In this document: in pieces, positions 28,706-54,300 of the stretch
How positions within the stretch are numbered: position 1 is the stretch's first letter
Layout of the letters: each line of letters opens with the position of its first letter
Source: Salpingoeca rosetta
Lineage: Eukaryota; Protista; Choanoflagellata
Assembly (NCBI GenBank): GCA_033442325.1
Contig: JAWQFM010000005.1
Span: forward strand, 1,564,872 to 1,628,871
DNA: 64,000 nucleotides
Reading direction: 5' to 3'
Made by a program: the position numbers and the translations under genes
Notes under the pieces: model-generated
The model's input: only the letters and a program-made list of their open reading frames with translations
Told to the model about the DNA's origin: nothing
Database searches by the model: none

Positions 28706-28779
<74 letters not shown>

Positions 28780-29106
28780 TGTCCTGTTTGCCTGTCGGTG
28801 GGGGGGTGGGTCTGGGGGTGAGGGTATGTGTGTGTTGTGTGGTGGGCCTGTGCGTGTGGTGTGTGTGTGCGTGTGCGCGTGCATGTGTTTGTATGTGTGT
28901 TGGGTGGTGGGAAAGCAAAAAGATATCTCTGATCCATCCAACGACGACACAACAAACACCCCTGCCTCATTCATTCCGCCACCACCTGTGCGACGCACGA
29001 CAAAGGACAACCTCCACAGGACGCGGACACTCAGGCCGGCAGCCAAGTGCGGGGGGTCGCCCGAGGGAACAGCCAACACACGGAGACGAGGAGACCACGA
29101 CGATGA
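27055..29106 (+). CDS. ECSIT: ECSIT homologue (mitochondrial complex I assembly / Toll pathway intermediate); 3' end uncertain
   Basis: Arg/Ala-rich presequence-like N-terminus. Exons RGHVKFINAVLNRMDEL..YNRLLEVFP / QVDAALKVLNRMENEGVMP / VFGRASQPIKKVRSMGYWMRYFMDSNPF follow the ECSIT core. No C-terminal ECSIT domain was found. Confidence 0.8.
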
Positions 29107-29193
29107 TGCAGGCCATGGTTCAGCAGCATGGAAACAGGACGGATGCTCGAAGAGATTGGATCAGGTACACTACCCCCTGCTTGTGCGTGTGAC

Positions 29194-29268
<75 letters not shown>

Positions 29269-29330
29269 ACCAGCATGTGTTTGTGTAGTCGTCAGTGTGT
29301 GCTTGTGGGTCGAGATGGCATTACGGTTTG

Positions 29331-29734
29331 GATGCGCTCGGGTGCTCACGTTGATGCGCTCGGGTGCTCACGTTGATGCGCTCGGGTGCTCACGTTGATG
29401 CGCTCGGGTGCTCACGTTGATGCGCTCGGGTGCTCACGTTGATGCGCTCGGGTGCTCACGTTGATGCGCTCGGGTGCTCACGTTGATGCGCTCGGGTGCT
29501 CACGTTGATGCGCTCGGGTGCTCACGTTGATGCGCTCGGGTGCTCACGTTGATGCGCTCGGGTGCTCACGTTGATGCGCTCGGGTGCTCACGTTGATGCG
29601 CTCGGGTGCTCACGTTGATGCGCTCGGGTGCTCACGTTGATGCGCTCGGGTGCTCACGTTGATGCGCTCGGGTGCTCACGTTGATGCGCTCGGGTGCTCA
29701 CGTTGATGCGCTCGGGTGCTCACGTTGATGCGCT
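29331..29734. repeat. Perfect 22-bp minisatellite (TTGATGCGCTCGGGTGCTCACG) x ~18.4
   Basis: Period 22, no spacers, no variant units seen. Confidence 0.97.
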
Positions 29735-29783
29735 GGGGTAATTACGTTGACGTGCTTGTGCCTTTGTGGTGGACGGCGTGAAG

Positions 29784-33391
<3,608 letters not shown>

Positions 33392-33463
<72 letters not shown>
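33392..33463 (+). repeat. (ATG/TGA)24 trinucleotide repeat beginning at the Raw stop codon
   Basis: Directly visible in the sequence. Confidence 0.9.
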
Positions 33464-33811
33464 TGATTGCGTGAAGCCATGTGAAATGGCACATGTACGT
33501 TGCATGTTACACCTCCGGTCCGCTGTTTCACCTCTTTTCGTGTTGAATGTGACAGGAGGTTCTGGGTGTACACACTGTTGAGCTTCGGCAGGGCTCGCTG
33601 TCGCAAGTTGTCCATATATTGTTGGCCTGTTACATTGTCCCAACAGCGTGCCTGTTGCTCTTGTTTTCCTCCTCTTCTTCATTGCTCTGTCCACTTGAAC
33701 TTTTGTTGATTTGTACAGCGAACAGCAAAGAGTATTGAACCCGCTGCTCTCAATTCACATCTGAAAGGCCAGTGAATGCTATCGAGATTGCACACGCACA
33801 CCAAGCCGAGG

Positions 33812-33855
<44 letters not shown>

Positions 33856-33895
33856 ACACACACACACAGACACACAGACACAGACACACAGAGGC

Positions 33896-35892
<1,997 letters not shown>

Positions 35893-35965
35893 CGTGAAAA
35901 TGTGAGTCCTTCCTGCCTTCTGCTTCTTCACTTTTTTTCTCTAACAAGCAAGCAAGCAAGAGACG
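35893..35965. promoter_or_regulatory. 73-bp interval between the divergent DXO and TIR-protein start codons
   Basis: CAT at 35890-35892; ATG at 35966. Confidence 0.5.
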
Positions 35966-41457
<5,492 letters not shown>

Positions 41458-41531
41458 GGACGGGGCCGTGGCTCCTGGTTGTCTTCAGTTAGCAATAGCA
41501 TGTTCATTCCACAAGGGGTGGGGGGGTGCTG

Positions 41532-41568
<37 letters not shown>

Positions 41569-41578
41569 TATGTGTTGG

Positions 41579-41621
<43 letters not shown>

Positions 41622-41984
41622 TATGTGTGTGTGTGTGTGTGCGCGCGCGCGCCATGAATTGAACCTTGCATTTGCGGAGAGTGGTGTGTGTACCTTCGTT
41701 GTTCAATCTGCAAATGGCCACTGGTGTCCATGTTACTTGGTGTGATGGAGCTCTAAACGGCGCTGTTGATGTGTAAACGGGATGTAATTCTGAAGGGGGC
41801 CGAGTGGTGTTGTGATCTGACACGACTGCAATGACCTCATGGCTTTACTTACAAGCAACTCGCGAGCGAGCGAAAACAACCACAGCGATGCAGCACAAAA
41901 AACGAGGCTGTCACAACAGCCACAACCAAACAACACAGACAAACACAGAAGAAACGACACAAAGGCAAAGAAGGCGCCCATGTA

Positions 41985-42016
<32 letters not shown>

Positions 42017-42317
42017 AGCATGGAGCACACCATGCTCACTGTAGATGCGCACAAGCCCTCGTGCACGGTCGCATCAAACTCAGGGCATGGGACTCAAAGC
42101 TACCAGCACACACGCACGCACACACGCACGCGCAAACGTAAAACCTCACCACCGCCCCCCCCTCCTCCTGTCGTAAAATCACAAATGACTTCTCTTAACG
42201 TTGTCGAATCACTTTGGCACCGACTCGTCCACCACCACCACCACCATCACCACCATCATCATCACAATCACAACCGCCGCCGTTGCAGCCATCTGTATCC
42301 GGCATGCAAGGTGCAGC

Positions 42318-43641
42318 CTACATGGGCCTGGGCAACGCATCAATCTCCTCTGATGCGTCGCCATAGCCGTCGATATCGCCCTTCTTCACAAGCACCACGC
42401 TCGTCGGCCGCTTCGTCTGCCCGGCGGCACCAAGATCCTGCAGGCGCACCAGGCAACGGAGACAAAACAGCAGTTGGTGGTGAGTGTGCGAGAAATGAAG
42501 AGGGGCATGGGGAGCAAGAGTGAGATAAGGAGGCAGCCCAGGCAGCGATGGCCGTGGTGGAGCCAATGTGGCGTACAGGCATGAACGTGCAGAAACACCT
42601 TCAAAAATGCTCTTTGCAGCTCACCTTCTTTGACGGGATGTAGCAGTAGGGCACCTTGGCGTCCTCGCACATGACGGGAATGTGTGAAATGACGTCGATG
42701 GGAGACACGTCGCCAGCCAGGATGCAGATGCTGCGTTGAGAAGGTGGGGAGAGGGTTTGGAGATGCGGAGATGGTGTGTCAGTGACACGCAGGTGAGCAA
42801 GGCGCGAGATTCAACGACGACCCAAGATCGTGTGCATGGCATGGCTCGCGAGCCGATGCAAGCAATGTGTTGCGTGCATCACCGCTCAATGTACACACAG
42901 CAGAGGTGATGGGGAGGACGAAACAACAAGGTGCAGGTTGGTGATGTTACACACCCAGCAGCGCCCTTGCGAATTGCCTTGCTGACTTCCTTGACACCAC
43001 GACACAGGGACTTGTTCTTGTGTGCCTTCTTCACCATCTGTATGGCACGGGCATACATGTACACATGTGCGTGCGTGCGTATACATGTGTGTGTACGTGT
43101 ACATGTGCGTGTATGCGTGCGTATGTGAGAGAGTGTTGAGGCAACCAAAAGGCGGGGCGCGTGCATACCGATCAACCCCACGAGAAAAGACACGGCTCAA
43201 ACGCGCTGGTTGGATATGGCTATCGCGCAAACCGCCGACTTGTGTACACAATCGCACACACAACACACTCCCAGAATACACACACACAACCCACAACACA
43301 CAACAACACACGTACCTTGTACAGCTTCTTTGTGAGCTTCTTGTCTGCCAAAGGCTTAGCGATGACGCTCACGCGTTGTACCAGGACCTCATATGGGATT
43401 TCCTCCTCTGTGGCGGGTGTGTCGTTCTTCTCCTTCTTCTCCTTCTTCTCCTTCTTGTCCTTCTTGGCCTTCTTCTCCTTCTTGGCCTTCTTTGGCGTGT
43501 GCTCGTTGCCTGTTTCCCAGCGACAGCAGCAGACAGCGGTCAGTGAGTGGCAAGTTCAGGTTGGAAAACGAGAAGGAAGCGGGGTTGGCAACATGCCACG
43601 TAAAAATTACGACCCAATGGGACAAGGGTAGGGCAACTCAT
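42318..43641 (-). CDS. NHP2: H/ACA ribonucleoprotein subunit NHP2 (L7Ae family)
   Basis: Lys-rich N-terminus; VIAKPLADKKLTKKLYK / RGVKEVSKAIRKG / LAGDVSPIDVISHIPVMCED..PYCYIPSK / DLGAAGQTKRPTSVVLV. The ATG micro-exon at 43638-43641 is inferred. Confidence 0.93.
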
Positions 43642-44301
43642 GGGGTGGGTTGGCATCAGCGAGCAAGGTTCAATTAGACTTTGGTCCTCACGGGTGTCAA
43701 ATCAGAGACTCAAGTCGATTTGCTCATCACTTGCCAACAAAAAAAGCAACACAAAGGGAAACAGGGCCCCGCACGACACACACGCAACCGCACATGTTCA
43801 CATCAAACAAGCCTCACAGTGGGAAAGAGAGAGATGGAGAGAGGTGGGAGAAGGAGGAGGGGGTGCATCCGCATGTTAACACAAGAAGCACAAGCTCAGT
43901 GCATGCGCATAAGCATCGGCGTACCCATGGCTGGTTTGGTTTGGTTTGGTTTGGTTTGCTTCTCACGTGGCAGGCGGTGTGTGGAAAATTGTCGGATGGC
44001 TTGGATGAAATTTCTCCAGGCAGCCGCCAGCAGAAAAATAAATTCGGCGGCAGTTGCGAGCAGACACAGCAGCAGTGAACGTTTCTTCGCTCGCTCGCAG
44101 TGCAGTCGTGTCTGACACAGGAAGACAGAAGCGTGCGTGCGTGAGTGTCGGTGTTGTTGAAGGGTACACAGCGTTGCAAAAGGTTGCACACACTGCAAGC
44201 AGAGTGTGTGTGTGCGTGTGTTTGTGTGTACGTGAGAGTGAGTGACAACAGCAGGTTGGTTTGGAGGAGGTGACAAGCAAGGACAGCAAGAACAGCCGAC
44301 C

Positions 44302-45352
44302 ATGTGGCGGTTTTCCGTTGAGTTTGACATGATGCTCGCCGTCGTGCAGAGCGGCACTGATGCACAGATCATGTCCGATGACTTCAAGGCCCGCGCTCGC
44401 GATTTCGCCAGAGAAGTGCAAGCACTTGGCGCCAAGGTGTGTGTGATTGTGTATGCGTGTGCGTGCGTTGGTGTGTATGTGTGTGCGTGGGTTTCTGCGT
44501 GTGTGTGCGCGTGCGTGTGCGCGCGTGCGTGTATGTCTGTGTGTGTGTGTGTCTGTGCGCTTCTGTATCTCTGTGCCTGTGTCTGTCTGTCTGTGTGCAT
44601 CTGTATCTCTGTGCCTGTGTCTGTCCGTCTGTGTGCATCTATGCGTCCTTGTGTCCGTCTGTCCATCTGCCGTGTTTTCTCATCGACAATATCGGTGTGC
44701 CTTCTGCGTCCTCAATACATGCACACACACACGCAAACACACGCCTTGCGTATGTTCACGTGCCCTGTTTGCTTGTGTTCAGGATGCCCGCGCGTTTTAC
44801 CTGCGCCCGCAGGACGCAACAGTGCGGCAACAGCTGGAAAGCGGCACAGACCGACGTGTTCCGCTCTTTCCGGATGACGACCGTGCAACCGCACCGCACG
44901 TGTCGCAAGAGGTCGTGGAGCAGGCGATTGTCCTCTCCGACCTCCTTGGGCTGCACGAGCAGACTTGCTGCGGCCTCGTGCTGGAGGCTGTATCGCCACA
45001 CACGGTGCCGCTGGCCATGCACACGGCTGACACCACAACCAAGGCCATGTACCTCTACTTCCAGGCGTGCCAGACCCTGTCTCGCTGCTTCTGCATCCTC
45101 GCCGACGAAGCTGCAAGCACCACCGAGACGTCCCTCTCGGGGTTTGCGCGGGAATGGTTTGACAAGGAGGTCACAAACCCCCTGGAGATTGCCATGACGT
45201 GTGTGCGCAACTGCGACGCGCAGGAAGACTGGAGGACCGTGCAGCGCTGTATTGGTGCGCTTCCTGACGCCAAGGCATCCTCCGTGAGTTGCCCTCCTCT
45301 CCCGTGTCAAATGTGTGTGTGTTTGTATTTTTGTGTGTGTGTGTGTGTTTGT

Positions 45353-45394
<42 letters not shown>

Positions 45395-45709
45395 TTGTGT
45401 GTGTGTGTGTGTGTGTTTGTATTTGTGTGTGTGTGTGTGTGGTTTATGTTTGCGCCATGTTTGCGCCTCTGTGCGCACGTGCGTACGCGTGTTGTGCATG
45501 CGATGACTTTTTGTGGTTCTCCATATCTTCAAGTGCATGGGACAATGCCTCACACGTGACCCCCCGTGTGTACGTGTGAGCAGCAAGCGCCGATGGACGT
45601 CATCACGGCGCACATGGAGCACGTTGTGTTTGAGCGCGAGGTCGAATACGCAGACATGCTCCTCACCATCGTTGCCAACGCCAGCCTCGTCCCGCAATCA
45701 CAAGGTGTG

Positions 45710-45769
<60 letters not shown>

Positions 45770-45988
45770 GGTGTGGGTGGGTGTGGGTGGGTGTTGGAAT
45801 GCACACTTGTGTGCACGACAGTTTTGTTTCGTTTTGCTTGTGCTTGCGGTTGCTTGATTGGCGCCAACTTACAGTACATGTGTGGCTCTGCATGTTTTGC
45901 TTTGGTGCAGAGTCGTCGCTGCTGGAGATCAGCCCGCTGCAGGTCGCCCTCCTCGTACAGGTCAGAAGCCAGAAGTTGAGCCGAGAAC

Positions 45989-46022
<34 letters not shown>

Positions 46023-47580
46023 ACAACAACAACAACAACATGAACGGGTTTGCTTTGCTTACAGCCTTCTCCCAGACGCGCTCTCATTCAACATCTCGCT
46101 GTTCGTTGTTGTTGCTGCTGTGCGGCTGTGCATGTGTACGTATGCATGTACATGCGTGTGTAAATACATGTGTGTATCAATGCGTGTGTACAGCTGCTGC
46201 GGGATGTGTCGGCACTGGACAAGGGCCCGCTGGACAAGCCAAAGTCGGCCGTGTGCAGTCTCATTGCCATCGTCCTCTGCGCATTCCAGGTGCGCGCAGT
46301 GTCGCAGTGGTGCTGCAGTCATGGGCATTGTCATAGATGTGTGCGCATGCCTTCTCCACATGCACAACAGCTTCATATGTGCAGTCAACCCCCCCCCCCC
46401 CAACACACACACACTGCACACAGCCCTGTCCTCCAACGCTCGCCGACCCCCCTGCCGTCTTCACGCAACACACTCATGCACGCAACACGCTCATGCACAC
46501 AACACACACACACACACACATACACACCCACATGCCTGCCGACTGCCGCGTGCAGAAGCACCGCGAGTTTCAGCTGCGCGTGCTTGATGTTGCACCGCAG
46601 TACACGGCCGACACCGCCCGCGAAAATCCGCTGCTGCTGCCCGGGCCAGACGGACACAACGCAATCGACACGGTGCGCCCATCTGTCGTGCTGTGGCGCC
46701 CAGCGAACCTGTGATGTGCTGTGCCGCAAAGCAGAGGAAACACTTGATTGCACATGTTCGTGTATCTGTGTGCGTGTGTGCGTGTGTGTGTACGCGCGCT
46801 GTCGTCAGCCCGCGCCGCCGTTGCCGCGTTGATGTAGTGGTGCCATTCTCACAACAGACACGCTCATGTTTACACGTGTACGCGTATGTGCCCTCGCAGG
46901 AGCTGTCACAGCCGTGGGGTGGCAGTGTGCTTGTGTGGCGGCTGGTGCGCATCGCGTATGGCCTCATGGTCGACGACAACGAGACGATCGAGCTTGCTCG
47001 CGACCCCTCCCACACCATGGCCGCAGGCGCCACAACCAGAGGTGCTCGGCAACACTCGTGCATGTGCGCATGTGTGTTTACATGTTTGCGTGCTGCTTGT
47101 GCATGTGTGCGCATCTCTCGGGTCAGCTGCAATTTTTGCGTGCATGACTTCGTATGTCTGTTCCGCGTACCAATGCGTACAGATGTCAGTGTATTTCAAC
47201 TCACACTGGCCTCAACTCGACCACAACAGGCGTGTTTGACTTTCTTCGCTGCGTGCTGGAGAACCGCGTGTTTGCGCGCGTGTCGCCCATGAGCGCATAC
47301 AAATCAGACATCTTCCAGATGTACGTGCCATGGCGTGGGTTTGTGGACAGGGGTTGTAGTGCACACTGCCCTGATGTGCTGATGTTGTGTTGTGTTGGCC
47401 AATGTTTTCGAAAACTCACCACGCTTGCTTCCTTCCTTTAGGTTCTTTGAATGGCTGATTGAAGACAACCAGCGGGTACGATAACAGCCTGCACTGGCGA
47501 CGCGGCTCTTGCTTTCATGATCATTTTCTCGTCGTCTTCACCCGCAACGGCATTCCTGCCCTGCCTACCCTCACCTACAT

Positions 47581-47660
<80 letters not shown>

Positions 47661-47873
47661 TCACGCACTGGCGGACGATGGCGGACGACTACTACCAGGA
47701 GCACGCGAGCCAGCGGCTGCAGGAGGAGATGCTGCAGGGCTACGACCGCCACCACAACAGCTTGTTCACGGACGACTTTCAGCACCTCATGCAGGCCGCC
47801 ACCGCCCTCTTCAGGTCGCCGTGCTCCCCACACTGCGCAGTTGTGCATGTGCATGTGTGTATGTATGTATGTA

Positions 47874-47919
<46 letters not shown>

Positions 47920-50900
47920 CGAGTGTGCGAGTGTGCGAGTGGGTTGTGTCGAGGAGGTGGCCCGTTGCAGGTGGTCCGTAGGAGGTGGTGCAGATTCTGT
48001 ACGCCAACAAACTGTTGCACGTGCTTCACTCACTCATTCCCTCGTTTGTTCGATCCTCCTCCTCACCGCTACCACCACCGCCTTTGTGCTACAGGCTGCC
48101 GAGCTTGAGCGAGGACCGCGTCAACCCGTCAAACTGGGAGTCGTTCCTCAAAACAGCCGGTGCGTGTTGCCACGGTTCTGTCTGCCCCTCCTCCCCCTTC
48201 CGTTGCGCCATTTGCGTTTCACTGGGCGGTGGACCCAATGAATTGTTTCGGTTACGCTCGACCCACGGTGGCTCAAATTTCGTTGCGCTGTGATCACACA
48301 CACACACACACATACACATACACATATATGTATACACACATACAACAATTTACACGCACACACACACACTCTCTCTCCTTCTCTCTTGTTTGTACATGCT
48401 TTTACAGGCACAGCTCACATCTCAAACTACCAAGCCTTCCTCGACCTTGTATGTACTGTGCCGCTGCGACAAATTGGTGTCTGCATGAACGTGTGTCTGT
48501 GAACCAATTGCTTGTGCATCCACGGTGCGCGGGTTGGGTCTTCAAAGCTCACGTACGCTCGCGCACATGTTCATGTATGTTGACCACTTTTGAACAGCTG
48601 CATGCCTTTGTTATTGGATTTGACACGGCATCCACCGTCTTCAACCTCTTCAGCATTGCGTTCAGTGAGTCAGCACACACACACACACACGCACACCGGC
48701 GCACATGCACACTTGCGCTTGCACGTCACACCAATTGAACACGCCAACCCGCACTCGAATCATAGTTTGCCTTTTCTTTTTCCCTTTTTTTTTTTGTTTG
48801 TTTTGTATCGCTGCCTGTCTCACCGTACGTGTGCGCGTGTGCTCTGCAGCCAAGCAAAACGAGGTGTTTACGTGGCGGAATCTGCTTGATGCAATCAAGG
48901 GCTACGTCGACGAGCTCACGCAGGGAAACACAGGTACTGACGTGTCGCGATGATGATGCAATCACTTGTGCTCATACCAGTTGGATTTAGTGTTTGCTTG
49001 CCCACACTCAAACACACACCGCTAACTTAACCTTGTTTTGTTACCCTTGGTTGCCCACGTGATTGTGCGTTTGTGGTTGTGTGCAATAGCGTTGAATGCA
49101 GACATTGAGACGCAGAAGATGCTCATCGCCTACTTTGACATCCTCGGTGCTGTGGTGCGTCCCCAAGTGCTCGCGCTGACCGCCAGCAGCCGTGTGCTGT
49201 TTCTCGTGCTGTGCGACTTTGCGCCTCTTTACAAATCACTTCTAACTCTCACACACACAAAACTACACGCACGCACGCACAACACACAACACACAACACA
49301 ACCCGTACACACGAAACACTCTCATTCCTCACCTGCACGTAATTTCCGTTCCCCGTGCACGTGTCAACAGGCTGAGCACGTGCACAAGCACCACAACGGC
49401 GCAACGTTTGCCTTTGATGGGGAGTTTCTGGATTGGCTGCTGCAGCTGTTCCTGTGCCCCGTGACGAGCGAGATCAAAGGCGCCGTGTGCCGCGCCCTCG
49501 CTGGCCTGTGTCACTCCAAAGACGCTGCGCAATACGTCTGGACCAGGCTCTGCGAAGAAGAGGGCATGCTCGAGATGGCAAGCCTCGCAGAGGCGTAAGT
49601 GCAACAACAGGATGTGTGTGCGTGTGTGTGTGCAGTTGTCTGTGTGCCTGTGTGCCTGCGTGCTTGTCCATTCATCTACTGTGTTGTGTGTGCTCGAGTG
49701 GCACGCGGATGCTTGGTCGAGGCGCCTCTCACATGCCGATCCGGCCTAACCTTGCCCGTTGCTCCCACTGCATACCACGGCAGGCGGGTTCGAGATGATG
49801 TTGGCCTGGCTCGCGACTTTATGAACGAGCGCAGCGCGCGTGTGTACGACGAAACACGCGGTTTCCTCGACCTCCTCACTGTCCTCTTGCCTTCCTTCGA
49901 GGTGTGTGCACCATGCATTTCCCAAGCTCCCCAATGACGCTCCCTTGCACTCTGCGTTTGGTGTGCAGCTTGAATCTGCACCCACAAGGCACACATGGGC
50001 GTCCACCTCTCCACAAGCGATGCACCTTCTCACACAACTGCATGTGGTGTGATGCATTTCAAATCCCCCACCTCCCTTTTACCATCCCGCAGACTGCACG
50101 GCTTGATCCCAGCCTGCTGCTTCAGAAGGTTGACGCGTTTATGTCGCTGGTTGTGGACAACGTCTTTGCAAACGTGCTGCAGCAGAGCTACGTTGACGCC
50201 ACCGCCAAGTGGCAGCTGGCTGAGACTCTCGTCGTCTTCATCCGCCGTGTTCTCTGTCAGTCTTCTCATACGTGTTTGTGTGCGTGTGTTTGTGTGTTCT
50301 CGTGTGTGCTTGTGCGTGTGCGTGTGCGTGTGCGTGCGTTTGTATAGCCTCGTGTGTGTGCGTGTGTGCGTGTGTGAAAACAACCACTTGCATGCGTTCT
50401 GCCTGCGTCGCCTTGCCGCCCTCTTCCAACCTCCCCCCCCCCAACTGTGTGCCCGTCCCTGAACCAGGCGAGTACTATCCCGCCACCACGGACTTCATTG
50501 ACGATCGCGCGCGAGAGCTTACACAGCAGCCGCAGCCGCAGCAGCCCCCGCTGCGCCACGCCGGCCGCTTCCGTACGTCCTGCGCTATTGTTCTCTCCTG
50601 CATGCCGTAACAGACGTGATGGTGGTGGTAACATGATGCTGTGGTTGCTGTCGCGGAGATCGCTGTGACAGCCACAGTTGGTTTGTGCTCGTGTCTGTGC
50701 TTGGGCTTGACATCACTCTCCTCTTCATCGCGCTCACGTGTACCGTGTTCCAACGCGTCATGCGTCTCTGTTGGTTGCGTGATCTTCGGCAGTGCTGCGT
50801 CGCCTGTCTGATGATGAGCACACGTTGCGCACCATCAAGGACGTTGTGAGGCTGGCCGCCAACAACCACAAGTACGCGCTTGACTCCAAGGCCCGCACGC

Positions 50901-51292
50901 ACTTTATGAACTGCGTCGAGCCGTGCATGGATGTGCTCGAGATGACGTTTGTTCGCCAGGTCAGTCTACCCCTTGCTTGTACGTGTGCGCCTACGTGGAT
51001 GTGTGTGCTGAGCCACCCCTGCTTGCTCTAATTGTTCAGACCTCAATTGTGCACCCCTTGCACAACGTTGCTCATACACGCACACATACATATCCATACA
51101 CTCGCTCACACACGCTCGATGTCGCTACGTCTGCATGAACGTGCATGTTTGTTTTGGACAGCGTGCGATGGAGCCGTATGCGCCCGTGCTGCAGCCGCTG
51201 GCGTCGCAGCTGCTCGACCTCGTTGGTGACGTCAGCACGCTCCTCAGCAGGGATTTTGAAGAGAAATACGCTCTGAAGGTGCATAGGCTTGT

Positions 51293-51350
<58 letters not shown>

Positions 51351-54300
51351 CGGTATCAACTGCATGCTCGAGATAACTAGCACGAGCACATCAACGTGCA
51401 CTCGCGCAATCACACATTTGCACGTTCTCCCTATTCATCAACCCCTCGCTGCAGTGATCATCCGCCCCTCCCTTGCCTAACCACCCTCAAAACACGCGAA
51501 CACACTTACTGCCTCATTCGCAGGCCATCACGCTGCTGTGGCACGTCCTGCGGTCGCCGCGCCGCTCGCACGACTTTGGGTCCATTTTCCGTCGCCTGGG
51601 CGGCTTCCACCTGCAGACGATCATCGACAGCCTGCAGCTGCGGCTACACGATGTGCGGCCAACCGTCAACGCCGTGCCCACTGGCGAGGAGCACTTTGAT
51701 GTGCACGGCCAGGTGCACTCCACCTTCACCAACGCCGTGGCGACCAGCATCCTGCACCTTCTGCACCATCTTCTGCAATCGAGCCAGAAGAACGTCGCCT
51801 TTCTCCTCCTTGGCCTTTCCAGCGTCGTGGACGGTACTCAGGTAGCAAGCTGCTCGCTGCCTTGCTTTGCTTTGCTGTGCTTTGCTTTCCAACGTTTGCA
51901 GTTTTCTTCGATGTGCTGCGGTGCTTTCATCCCATCCCCCTCTCGAGCATGCATTGCAGTCCAAATCACCCCTTTCGTGTTTTCAGCTGACACATGCGCC
52001 CTTCCCTCTCTTCCCTCTCTTCCCTCTCTTCCCTCTCTTCCCTCTCTTCCCTCTCTTCCCTCTCTTCCCTCTCTTCCCTCCTTACCTCCTTACCTCCTGA
52101 ACTCTTGCAACCAACAGCGCCGCATCCGCCCGCCTGGCCCTGGGGAGCCGAGCAACTGTCTGTACTCGCTCGTGTACCTGCTCGACCCAAAGCAGTCACC
52201 TCCGCTCGTGCAGTGCAACCCAGAGTGCGCCGAGCTGGCTGCACAGATCTTGTATGTGCTGTGTTGGTTCCCCCAGACGTCGCAGCCTGTGATGGCCTAT
52301 CTGCGCGACAGTGAGGACTTTTTCAGCAACCACATGCGCGCCCTCGCTGCGCGCGCGACGGGCAGCCTGACCCCAACGCAGGTGGCCGCCCAGCACCACT
52401 ACACGGCGTGGGTGCTGAAGATGCTTGCGCTCGAGCTGTACTCGCCCTCCAAGGGCGGCAGCGGCGAGTCGCAGTCGGGCCTGGTTGAGGCCATGCTCGA
52501 GCTCGACTCGCCACGGTTTGACAGCGCGGGGCGCGGGGCGCGGCGGCGGCTGCTGCAGCTGCTGGACCAGATTTCCCTCGAGTCTGACCCCGTCGCAGCA
52601 CCGGACCTGCACGTGCTTGACATTGGGCTTGTCAACGCGGCCTTCAAGCGGTGCACGGGCCCGCGCATGGGCCGCGAGGGTGCGCAGTACTGCCGGATCG
52701 GGGATATGATTGACGCCATTCGAAGCAGCATCGACCAGGTGCACGACGAGGCGGCGGTTGAGGCCGAGCTGGCGCAGGTGGCGCGCATTGCCGAGCAGAG
52801 CAACACCAACAGCGAGCTGCGGGCGGCAAAGGCACACCTCCTTCGCGCGTGGCACCGCGCCGTGGAGGTTGCGCTCATCAAGTACCCGTACCAGACAAGC
52901 CCGACCAACCGCGTGCACACGGTGTCGCACATGCTGTCTGAGGTGCTGAACAGGCTGCCGGAGAACCCGGACCAACAGCAGCGGCTGGAGCCCGAGCTGC
53001 TCACCGTCGTGTCGGACATTCTGGTGACGATGATGTCCATCCTGGTGGACGCGACGCTCATGCTCTCGCGCGAGCAGGCGCGGGCCGCCCTCTCCACCAG
53101 CGTTCTCCGCCGCATCCTCGACGGCATTGTCTTTGGTATTCTCTTCAGGGACAGCACGACGCGCATGCGGCTCAACCAGTACGGCGCCCTGCTCTTCTAC
53201 CTACGCATTGCCCGGGAGACGGGCGACCCGACATACAGCGAGCGCCTGCGTGCGCCGCAACGCCGCTTCCTGGAGACGGTGGTGCAGGACGCCAGCGACT
53301 CGAGTGGGTTTACGTCAGTGCTCGCCACCTCCGCGCTCAAGGAGGTTTTGCGCGTGTGCCGCCAGCACTCTGCGGTGTGGCTGACGTACTTTGGGCGATT
53401 CGGGCACCTGAACGGGTTTGTTGCGCAGCTGCAGGACACGGACGATGCTCTCATGCGCGCAATGACGTCCACGGATGAACGGTCCCTCCTTGTCATCCAG
53501 GAACATCTTGCCCGCCTGGGCTTCCTGCTGGAGGTGTCACACAGGTCCTCGGGCCCAACGCTGCTGTTCACCACAGACTTGCTTCGCGTGTTGGAGCAGG
53601 CGCGCTTCATTGACGCTCGGCCCATGGCAGAGGACGTCCACAGCACGCGTCCCATGCACTCCACAGCGTGCGTACCCTTCTCTGTGTGTGTGTGTGCGTT
53701 TGTTTGTTGTGTGCGTTTGTTTGTTTGCATGTGTGCATCGGCAAACGAGGCTTGCTTGTGTTTTGGTGTTGCTGGGTGGCTGCGCCAGTGCTCTGCTGAT
53801 TTGCTCCTCCGCTCCCGCATTTCCATTTGCGTGTGTTCCCATTGGATGCGGACTGCCACCACCACAGGCTGCTGGACGAGCACACCTCGCGGCTGCAGCG
53901 CCATCGCAGCATCGTCATCCCCGTCATCCAGCTCGTCGTCAGCCTCCTACAGAAGTGCAAGCAACAGGTGTGTTCGTATGTGTGTGTGTGTGTGTTCGTA
54001 TGTGTGTTCGTCTGTCTGCCTGTCCATCTGTGTACGTGCGATTGCGTTATTGTGATGGGATCATTCCTGGCCAACACTCACAACACGGCATAATCCACAA
54101 TCGCCATGACAACACCAGGATACCAAGGTTGTGAGCCACATCATCACGTTTGTGCAGCGCCACCTTGGCCAGTACTTCCGCCCCGTTTTGAAGGTGGGTG
54201 TGGGCTGCATCACAACCCGACAGCACGCGTCGTTCCCTGCACACTTGTGGGGGCTGCTTGCCTATTTCGCTGTCGACTGTTCTGGAAAGGGCGGGGGTGG

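Noticed and set aside
29331-29734. CRISPR-like array
   Set aside because: Units are contiguous with no spacers, there are no cas genes, and the context is eukaryotic.
45987-46040. PolyQ in NUP205
   Set aside because: It lies just after a cag|gtcaga donor, so it is most likely intronic.
52196-53175. Long antisense ORFs here and over PrimPol, JmjC and DXO
   Set aside because: Expected shadows of GC3-rich coding strands; no independent motifs.
51473-54055. Standalone 860-aa protein with a (LPS)n repeat
   Set aside because: These are NUP205 exons read through a 276-nt stop-free intron (51842-52117) and flanking introns.
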